Shown here one piece after another: positions 47,225-53,716 of a DNA stretch of 64,000 bases (positions within the stretch are counted from its first letter, which is position 1; each line of letters starts with the position of its first letter). The translations under genes were made by a program, and so were the position numbers. The stretch is taken from assembly GCA_963543945.1 (NCBI GenBank), contig CAUUCN010000001.1, positions 1,118 through 65,117 of the forward strand, given 5' to 3'. Under the pieces are notes generated by a model. That model had not been told where the DNA came from and searched no databases. It saw only the letters and a list, made by a program, of their open reading frames with translations. Origin of the DNA: an uncultured Candidatus Saccharibacteria bacterium. Its GTDB lineage: Bacteria > Patescibacteriota > Saccharimonadia > Saccharimonadales > Saccharimonadaceae.

Positions 47225-47551
47225 ATGAAAACATTTCGATTGTCTTCAAATGAAATCAAAATTTTAACGGATATGAAGGGTGGCTGTATTGCATCAGATA
47301 GAATTACTGTGGATGGGCAAAAAGTTGGCTACGCTTATCGAGAAGATCCAGATAAGAATTTTTCAAATGATAGTGGATGGAGATTTCTTGCTGGGGATGA
47401 AAGCGAGGAATATCTGAATAATCCTAACAATTTTGACGTATTTGAAATAAGCACTATCTGTAATTACGATCCGAATATTCTAGATATTTTAGACGGGAAA
47501 ATTGGCGAGTCTTATATTAGAGATAGTAATACATTTAAATTAGATTTTTAA
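47225..47551 (+). CDS. DUF2185 / Imm33-like immunity-type protein
   Basis: NDSGWRFLAGDESEEYLNNPNNFDVFEISTICNYDPNILDIL matches my recollection of the DUF2185 signature (DSGW.f..G.E). Confidence 0.6.
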   Translation: MKTFRLSSNEIKILTDMKGGCIASDRITVDGQKVGYAYREDPDKNFSNDSGWRFLAGDESEEYLNNPNNFDVFEISTICNYDPNILDILDGKIGESYIRDSNTFKLDF

Positions 47552-47588
47552 CCTCAGTTCCTAAATATGGTATAATTTGAACTTTTTA

Positions 47589-47759
47589 ATGGAAACAACA
47601 CTGGCGGTATATTGTATTATAGTTGTTTTTTACAAAATAAGCATGTATTATATTGACACTTTTAAGCATATGTTCTATAATATGAGTTATACGCTTGAGA
47701 AAGGCCTAGCCGATCTGAAAGCTTATATGAAAGAACAATTCAGAAATGAAAAGTTCTAG
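47589..47759 (+). CDS. Possible small hydrophobic protein (56 aa); doubtful
   Basis: TATAAT 12 nt upstream; one predicted TM segment (TLAVYCIIVVFYKISMYY). It overlaps the promoter of the next unit, so it may be non-coding. Confidence 0.25.
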   Translation: METTLAVYCIIVVFYKISMYYIDTFKHMFYNMSYTLEKGLADLKAYMKEQFRNEKF

Positions 47760-47934
47760 TACCTTCAAAACGTAGGAATTAACACCAACTTTGATCAAAG
47801 TGGGATACTTATGCAGGAAGCTTTCGTGCGTAGCTACCCCACTTTGCGAAAAGAGAGCTTTGGCTGGGGTTGTTCCGGGATGGTCCCGAACAAAATTTGA
47901 TTTTGCTAGGGCAAAAGCCCGGAGAGGAGTCCAT
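47692..47934 (+). promoter_or_regulatory. Long structured 5' leader of the high-GC gene
   Basis: -10 box TATAAT at ~47675-47680; hairpins GTTCCGGG...CCCGAAC and GGGC-aaaa-GCCC next to the Shine-Dalgarno. The 47864-47929 segment loosely resembles ykkC-type conserved blocks. Confidence 0.35.
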
Positions 47935-48267
47935 ATGAATATAATTAATTTGACGCCCCACACTGTGAACATCTGCACTGAGGATGGAGATATCGAGTGC
48001 TCGTTCAAATCTGAAGGTGTCGCTCGCGCAAGCCAGGTGGCAGTACCTTTCGGTGACGTCAATGGAATCGAGTTGGTCGAGATGCGTTTCGGCCCTACCG
48101 TTGATCTTCCTGACCCTGAGGCAGGTACCGTACTTATTGTATCTGCGATCACCGCAAGTGCCGCTAAGGCGGAAGGTCGTTCTACTGATGACCTGGTGCT
48201 TACAGCGGATACTGTCCGTGACAAGGATGGCCGTATCGTCGGCTGCAGGCGCTTCGCCCGCGTATAA
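47935..48267 (+). CDS. Family E2 hypothetical protein (high-GC copy)
   Basis: Start ATG 47935 (GGAGAGGAG Shine-Dalgarno); MNIINLTPHTV...TVLIVSAITASAAKAEGRSTDDLVLTADTVRDKDGRIVGCRRFA aligns with 38006..38347. Confidence 0.7.
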   Translation: MNIINLTPHTVNICTEDGDIECSFKSEGVARASQVAVPFGDVNGIELVEMRFGPTVDLPDPEAGTVLIVSAITASAAKAEGRSTDDLVLTADTVRDKDGRIVGCRRFARV

Positions 48268-48298
48268 GGGACCATCCCCCCTACCTACGTTATTTTAT

Positions 48299-48332
48299 AA
48301 CCCCGGTCTCTATGGCCGGGGTTTCCATTTTT
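48299..48332 (+). terminator. Intrinsic terminator
   Basis: AACCCCGG/CCGGGGTT stem followed by a T-rich tract. Confidence 0.7.
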
Positions 48333-48345
48333 ATCTTAAAGCATA

Positions 48346-48354
48346 TGCTATAAT
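48346..48354 (+). promoter_or_regulatory. Extended -10 promoter TGcTATAAT, 7 nt before ATG 48362 (leaderless-type)
   Basis: aTGcTATAATatgtaatATG. Confidence 0.55.
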
Positions 48355-48361
48355 ATGTAAT

Positions 48362-49747
48362 ATGAAAGACCCCAATGTGGTAAAAAATGAATCCGAAAAA
48401 GACTCTGATTATGATGCCGATTGGGGTGCTGGTTGGGGTAAAGTAGCGGCGTTAGCTAACAATCCAAATCTTAGTGAAGCATCATCTAAGGAGAATCCAG
48501 AAGATTCCGATGAATATGAGGAATCTGATGACTATGATAACGAAGACGACTACGACGACTATGACGATTACGATAGTGAGGATGATGGTTATGATCGTGA
48601 TGAGGATGCTTATGGTGATTATGATGACGGCTATGATAACTATGATGGCGAAGACGATGATTATGATCATGGCGAGGATGCGTATGGTGATTATGACGAC
48701 GATTATGATGACTATGACGATGATGATGATTACAATAGCTACTATAATGGCGACAACGAGCGCCTAGAGGTAAAAGAAGACGAATTAAAAATTCGAGAAA
48801 TACCTCTACCGGAAAATATCTTAAAAAGATATGATTTTATCGAGAAGTTACCTAGTGGTATTGCTATAATGGGTGGTGTGGCAAGGAGTGTAGCACGCGA
48901 GATTTTGACTGGTGAAAAAGAGCCAATCAGGGATATTGATCTTGTGGAAATTACTGATAATGAAGACGAAAGCACAGTCGACCCAGAGCTTCTCGATGAA
49001 TTAGCACAAACTTATATGCCAGATGATTATGCATTTGGCCATGGAATCGGACTAGACACCTTAGAAGATTATTTCTCTACACGCGACTTCACTATTAATG
49101 AATGCCTTATTAAGGACGGTAAGCTTCTCGTGAGTGAGTTAGCGGAAAATGATTTTAAGGAAAATATTATCAGACCAACTTATTATGAAGCCCCATATGA
49201 CGGAGATAAACTGTCGGGACGGCTTTTCTTGAAAGCGATACTGATGCAGACCGTGATATCGCAAATTTCTGAATCCATACCGTTACTTGAGGATGTTCAT
49301 GTGAATTTTCAATATATTGGCGATTTTGATACGGCAGTATTTCTTAATAAGGCGATGAGTCGCGGGGTAGAAACAGCGGTAAAATTTACAGAGAATCTTG
49401 CTGAATGGGGTGTAGTATACCCAGAATTTGCTGGTAGGCCTATGGCGCTTGCGAAAGATTTACTTACTAATGCATACAATTTTAAATTTAGACCATCTAC
49501 AGATGAAAGATTTCTAGAACCAGAAGAAGGTCGCGACATGAGCGGATTTTTTGTGCCAAAAGCTATGCAAGAATACCATTCATCCGATCCAGCAATAGCC
49601 CGAGCTATAGATGAGTATGATAGTGGCCCAGATTACAGTAATGATGATAATGATGGTGATAATAACGGTGAGCCAGTTTCGGGATATTATACACAGAAAG
49701 ATTACGATGAGATTAATTCGAGTGTGGATAGTCGTGACATAGAATAA
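48362..49747 (+). CDS. Class-II (CCA-adding / poly(A) polymerase-type) nucleotidyltransferase-like protein with N-terminal Asp/Tyr-rich tract
   Basis: Start ATG 48362; the longer ORF-track ORF reads through the upstream gene. GGVARSVAREILTGEKEPIRDIDL and EDYFSTRDFTINECL head-domain motifs; aa 46-132 are almost only D/E/Y/G. Confidence 0.65.
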   Translation: MKDPNVVKNESEKDSDYDADWGAGWGKVAALANNPNLSEASSKENPEDSDEYEESDDYDNEDDYDDYDDYDSEDDGYDRDEDAYGDYDDGYDNYDGEDDDYDHGEDAYGDYDDDYDDYDDDDDYNSYYNGDNERLEVKEDELKIREIPLPENILKRYDFIEKLPSGIAIMGGVARSVAREILTGEKEPIRDIDLVEITDNEDESTVDPELLDELAQTYMPDDYAFGHGIGLDTLEDYFSTRDFTINECLIKDGKLLVSELAENDFKENIIRPTYYEAPYDGDKLSGRLFLKAILMQTVISQISESIPLLEDVHVNFQYIGDFDTAVFLNKAMSRGVETAVKFTENLAEWGVVYPEFAGRPMALAKDLLTNAYNFKFRPSTDERFLEPEEGRDMSGFFVPKAMQEYHSSDPAIARAIDEYDSGPDYSNDDNDGDNNGEPVSGYYTQKDYDEINSSVDSRDIE

Positions 49748-49950
49748 AATCTAAAATTATAGAACTTGTTCTAGTATAATATGTACAAGTAGATCTCCTA
49801 TTTACGTTTGTTGTTATTCTTAAGTATGGATCTACCTATTTTTATTGACAAGATTCCGCCAATATTTGTTACAAAGGTCCTGGATCTTAACGTTGCTTAT
49901 GAAATAAGCCCCGCCGAAGCGAGAGCTTTAATCAAAGAGCATAGGCTGTT

Positions 49951-50808
49951 TTACAAACTGCTTATTTTTTCGATCATCTCTTCTATAGAACGGCGGCTAA
50001 AATTGCGGAACTTGGTTAAATCAGCATTCCTTGCCTCCTCAATTGTATTGATTCCGGCGTGTCTCAGACAGCTATAAGTGCGAGTAGATAAGTTGAGCAC
50101 TTCAATTGGACCGTCGACAGGTGCTGTCCTTCCGTATTTTTGTTCATAATACTCGAGAATTATCTTTGCAACAGATAACCCTCCCTCTGTTGCCAATAAA
50201 CGCGACTGAAGCTCTAATCTGCTCACCATTAGCAATCCCAATTGTCGTTTTATTCTCGGACGCCTAAGTTTTATTTTTGCTTTTGCCAGAATTTGCTTAA
50301 TGTATCCTCTGGTAGAGCAATATTTCTGAGCAATCTCTTCAAGAGACATACGCTCGCAGCCTAATCCGTAGTGAAGCTTTAAAATTGCGTTTTCCTTCTC
50401 AAATAAACTTGAGCAAAGGATACTATAAAGGCAATTTTTCTGATCATCCGTCATTGGATTTTCCCAAAAATGGTTGATTAATTCGGGGCGATTATTAATG
50501 GCAAAATCGACCAGAAAGTACTCTTCGTTGGGAATCTTCGTGCGCAAATCAAACTTGTTGATTAATTCGGAGCGATTATCATTGGCAAAAATATCAACCA
50601 AAAAATATTCCTCGTTGGAAAGCTTCGTGCGTAAACCATGCTTTTCCAATACTTCTTTGATTTCCTTAGCTTTTTTGGGACCGATTCCACGGATACCAGT
50701 GAGATTATCATAGCATGAACAAAGTGCAAGAGATTCGAGCGAATCAAACAGTGTAGTTGCAATAATTTTCTCGATTGACGGGTTACCTAAAAGATTAAGA
50801 TTCATCAT
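49951..50808 (-). CDS. Family A6: HhH plus internal 28-aa duplication plus sigma70 region-4-like plus alpha-CTD-like protein
   Basis: LTGIRGIGPKKAKEIKEVL; ENAILKLHYGLGCERMSLEEIAQKYCSTRGYIKQILAKAKIKLRR; IEVLNLSTRTYSCLRHAGINTIEEARN...FRNFSRRSIEEMIEKI. Confidence 0.75.
   Translation of the reverse strand: MMNLNLLGNPSIEKIIATTLFDSLESLALCSCYDNLTGIRGIGPKKAKEIKEVLEKHGLRTKLSNEEYFLVDIFANDNRSELINKFDLRTKIPNEEYFLVDFAINNRPELINHFWENPMTDDQKNCLYSILCSSLFEKENAILKLHYGLGCERMSLEEIAQKYCSTRGYIKQILAKAKIKLRRPRIKRQLGLLMVSRLELQSRLLATEGGLSVAKIILEYYEQKYGRTAPVDGPIEVLNLSTRTYSCLRHAGINTIEEARNADLTKFRNFSRRSIEEMIEKISSL
50473..50643. repeat. In-frame tandem duplication (84 + 87 nt) inside A6
   Basis: gttgattaattcgg(g/a)gcgattat... 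repeated with period 84 nt; encodes LRTK(L/I).NEEYFLVD...N(D)NR.ELIN.F twice. Confidence 0.85.
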
Positions 50809-50872
50809 GGTTTTTCCTCCTTTAAAAGGTGACCAAATTTTTTAACTACTTTAGATTTAACCTAACTTTTTA

Positions 50873-50901
50873 ATTACAACATAAACGCTTTAAAATGTCA
50901 A
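50873..50901 (-). promoter_or_regulatory. Sigma70-type promoter TTGACA-17-TGTAAT for A6
   Basis: Exact 17-nt spacer; the upstream ~75 nt are homologous to 52861..52937. Confidence 0.6.
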
Positions 50902-50971
50902 TATGTCCGTAATAACTCAGAACCTTTGCAACATAACACGGTAAGATTATTGCCATCAAAAAAGTAGATTC
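50895..50971. repeat. Promoter-upstream module, copy 1 (copy 2 at 52861..52937)
   Basis: atgtcaat(a/c)tgtccgt.a....cag(a/g)acctttgcaa.a.aa..gg.aa.a..ttgcca..aaaaa.tag.ta shared by both copies. Confidence 0.7.
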
Positions 50972-51123
50972 TATACTTGAATTAACATCACTTAATAAAA
51001 GGAGAATCTATCTATAAATATTATACCAGAACAAATCCTGAATTTTTAAAACCCCTGCGGGTAAATGTGAAAAGCCTCCTAGTATGCTTTGCATATAGTC
51101 GTCTGATTCGTCGAAATAAAAAA

Positions 51124-51220
51124 GTATCGCTATGCTTCTTATTTTAATTTTTAAAACCTAAAATTATAGAACAAGTTCTAAATTTTAAATTTTAAAAATA
51201 AAAATAGAGTTCTTCGAACT
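51124..51220. repeat. ~97-nt AT-rich intergenic repeat, copy 1 (copy 2 at 56059..56155; 28-nt partial copy at 49746..49773)
   Basis: cttattttaatttttaaaac.taaaattatagaa.aa.ttctaaattttaa....ttaaaaataaaaatagagttc; contains palindrome TAGAAC-nn-GTTCTA and a terminator hairpin. Confidence 0.8.
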
Positions 51221-51271
51221 AGATATTTCTCTCATGAAGCACGCCTGGCTTCGCGGCTACTCCATTCGTCG

Positions 51272-51300
51272 AAAATAAAAAATAAACCCCTGTGGGTTTT
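51272..51300 (-). terminator. Intrinsic terminator after tRNA-Thr(GGU)
   Basis: AAACCC-acag-GGGTTT plus a T-run on the minus strand. Confidence 0.7.
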
Positions 51301-51320
51301 ATTTTGTTATTTTCTCCTCA

Positions 51321-51395
<75 letters not shown>

Positions 51396-51442
51396 ATATA
51401 AAAATTCCCACATCAATTTGACTGGGGATTTTAATGAACTTA

Positions 51443-51527
51443 TGGTGCTGGAGGTAGGACTCGAACCTACGAAGGTGTAACCCGAGAGATTTACAGTCTC
51501 TTGTCATTGCCGCTAGACTACTCCAGC
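51443..51527 (-). tRNA. trnY: tRNA-Tyr (anticodon GTA), class II with long variable arm
   Basis: Hand fold collinear with bacterial tRNA-Tyr: anticodon loop CTGTAAA, variable arm CGGGTTACACCTTCG, T-loop TTCGAGT, encoded CCA. Confidence 0.9.
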
Positions 51528-51579
51528 TTTTAAAATTCATCCACCTGCTGGCGTGAGCCAAGCCCAGACAGATAGGAAT

Positions 51580-51588
51580 ATTATAGCA
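51580..51588 (-). promoter_or_regulatory. Extended -10 promoter (TGcTATAAT) for the tRNA-Tyr/tRNA-Thr unit
   Basis: Reverse complement of attatagca, ~50 nt upstream of tRNA-Tyr. Confidence 0.5.
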
Positions 51589-51839
51589 AGTTGGGGCGGA
51601 TTTTTCAACAGGTTTCTGGAAAGAAAAGACATGGAAAAATTTCATAGAGCATAGGGGTGTAGTCATGGAATATTGGGTTCATTTTTAAGAAATAAAAAGG
51701 AGCGCTTGTGGGCGCCCCATTTTTGCGCAAAGTTTGCGCGTTTTGCAATTTTTTAGGTTTAAGTTAGGTATTCAGGTTTAGCTTTTGTTTGAAATTGGGT
51801 ATGAGTTTAAGTTATCAGTCGAGTTATTTTTACTTAATT

Positions 51840-52784
51840 TCAATCAAGTTTAGCTATTTTGGGACCGCCGTGGTGATGATAAAAAGAAATAATTTTCTCA
51901 TCCTCCGGAATTTCTACCTCGAATGTGATCGGCCGAAATGTACGGCGGAAGCCACACAAATCATAATAAGGCTTCAGAAGATCAGAAGTGTTTCGAGTGT
52001 CTCCATGGGGATTGCTAGTCATTGCATAGTGTGCTCCGGTGAAAGTCTTGCGGACTACTTCGTTATCTAGCAAATAATCTTTTTCAGAGAGGATTAAATT
52101 TCTTGGCAAATTATCATCGCCAAGGTCCCTAGTATTGTTACGGAGAGCCAGATATTGGTCAATCAATAACGCAAGAGAGCTGCTGGTTTTTTCCAGATCG
52201 AAATTGGGAATGATCGGGATAAAGCCCAGCCAGCCTAAAAGAAATCTTGACGTGAGTAGGAGCGGTCCGCCATATTTGAGCAGTGTATGAAGCGGCTCTT
52301 TAAGGAAAAACCCATAGGTGCAAGGATTCAGGCTGAAGGTTGCATCGAAGTTGTTTTCCATTTTGTGGATGACGATGTCGCCTATACTAATGGAGTGACC
52401 AATTGTGGTGCGGCTGAGGCGTTTAAATTCCTTGTTGCGCCGAACAACAGCCTTTCTCATAGCTGTAACGTAGGTCGGCACATCAAAGCCGAAATTGCTG
52501 TAACAGAGTGCGTAAACTCCGTCACCATCGTGCAAATGATCTAAAATATAGTTAAATGCACTAATTGAGGAATTTTGTACTCCGCAGATTTGGAAGAAAT
52601 CTGCTTTGCCATTGGCTTTGCCATGACGTACTGTGTGAACCCGAGTGGTGGCAGAAATTAGAGCCTTACGCAGAATAGCTGCGCTGACCGAATTGATTAC
52701 CATAAAAACGATAATCCACTGCCATATTCTCGGTAGTTCCGTGAAACCTAAAATTGCAATTGTTTGATAAAAAAATGTACTCAT
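51840..52784 (-). CDS. Membrane-anchored hypothetical protein, possibly alpha/beta-hydrolase-like
   Basis: Start ATG 52784 (AAGGGGG Shine-Dalgarno); two N-terminal hydrophobic segments; TIGHSISIGD resembles a GxSxG nucleophile elbow (tentative). Confidence 0.6.
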   Translation of the reverse strand: MSTFFYQTIAILGFTELPRIWQWIIVFMVINSVSAAILRKALISATTRVHTVRHGKANGKADFFQICGVQNSSISAFNYILDHLHDGDGVYALCYSNFGFDVPTYVTAMRKAVVRRNKEFKRLSRTTIGHSISIGDIVIHKMENNFDATFSLNPCTYGFFLKEPLHTLLKYGGPLLLTSRFLLGWLGFIPIIPNFDLEKTSSSLALLIDQYLALRNNTRDLGDDNLPRNLILSEKDYLLDNEVVRKTFTGAHYAMTSNPHGDTRNTSDLLKPYYDLCGFRRTFRPITFEVEIPEDEKIISFYHHHGGPKIAKLD

Positions 52785-52838
52785 TTTTGACCCCCTTTTC
52801 TTGTGAACATGCAACAAAAATCAAAATGTATCAGAGAT

Positions 52839-52867
52839 ATATTACCACATTTTAATGGTTATGTCAA
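52839..52867 (-). promoter_or_regulatory. Sigma70-type promoter TTGACA-17-TAATAT
   Basis: Exact 17-nt spacer; homologous to the A6 promoter region. Confidence 0.6.
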
Positions 52868-52937
52868 TCTGTCCGTTAAGGTCCAGGACCTTTGCAATAA
52901 AAAGGCAATAAGTCTTGCCAATAAAAATAGGTAGATA
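52861..52937. repeat. Promoter-upstream module, copy 2
   Basis: See 50895..50971. Confidence 0.7.
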
Positions 52938-53033
52938 TTGTTATTATGCTAATATTGATAAATTTTTAAAAAAATATAGAATATAGTTAGATAGATAACT
53001 TTTACTCTACGCACATTAAGAAGGAGGTACATA

Positions 53034-53261
53034 ATGGATGATTCGATGGATATTGCACTACAATCACTACAATATTTGACACTTGGTCTTATCCCAGGTG
53101 GTTTCTATGATGAGGATGATTTTATGCCTTTGTGGCCTTCTGGACTGGAAACTACTGAGGAATACGGAAGTGAGTCACGCGAAAGTGAGTCACGAAAAAG
53201 AAAACGTGATTACGAAGACATCAAAAGAAGATTCTACCACGAAAGTAATCGGACCGAGTAA
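53034..53261 (+). CDS. Small acidic hypothetical protein, possibly the 5' part of a frameshifted gene
   Basis: AAGGAGG Shine-Dalgarno. Protein-like reading continues in other frames up to the terminator at 53488. Contains a 15-nt tandem duplication at 53169..53198. Confidence 0.4.
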   Translation: MDDSMDIALQSLQYLTLGLIPGGFYDEDDFMPLWPSGLETTEEYGSESRESESRKRKRDYEDIKRRFYHESNRTE

Positions 53262-53487
53262 GGATGCTACACCTGAGGTATTATTAATATCAGAGGAGTG
53301 GAAGACCTGAGAGACCGGCTCGAGTCACAGCCTGGTAGTTACATCTCGGATTTTATGGTACATCCCGACTTACATCAAGGATAGTACCGATGCTCTGGTT
53401 GAGCACGAGTTTAACTTTAACCGCGATGATTTGTTTAAGGATATCGATGCCAATGTTATCGTAAGTCGCAATTAATCTCCAAAAAAA

Positions 53488-53514
53488 GAGCCTCGCAGGA
53501 ATGCGGGGCTTTTT
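53488..53514 (+). terminator. Intrinsic terminator
   Basis: AGCCTCGCA-ggaa-TGCGGGGCT followed by TTTTT. Confidence 0.75.
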
Positions 53515-53716
53515 AGTTAAGAAAAATACTTACTATGAGAAGTGTTTTTAATTATAAGTTTATACTTGAAAAAGCATAAACATAAAAGTAATAACTCCAA
53601 TAATGAAACTACCTAAAATAAGATAAATAGTATATGATGAGTGTAATGTGACTTGATGGGAGCTTCAATGAGTTTAAATTAGGGGTGGACATGGGATTAT
53701 AAAACCACTTTATAAT

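Noticed and set aside
48474-48767. 97-aa Met/Thr/Ile-rich ORF and the 62-aa Ile/Val-rich antisense ORF
   Set aside because: They are frame artefacts of the GAT/GAC/TAT-rich low-complexity tract of the nucleotidyltransferase gene.
47984-49747. 587-aa ORF-track ORF starting inside the upstream high-GC gene
   Set aside because: Its first 126 codons are an alternative frame of the GC-rich gene and its terminator. A TGcTATAAT promoter lies 7 nt before ATG 48362, which marks the real start.
49808-50077. 89-aa plus-strand ORF downstream of a TATAAT box
   Set aside because: It has a TTG start and no Shine-Dalgarno sequence. It overlaps the terminator and the 3' end of the convergent A6 gene. If transcribed, it is more likely non-coding.
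24600-51300. Prophage or ICE interpretation of the accessory block
   Set aside because: No integrase or recombinase, terminase, capsid, tail, relaxase or type IV secretion genes were recognisable. tRNA genes are nearby, but no long direct repeats bracket the block.
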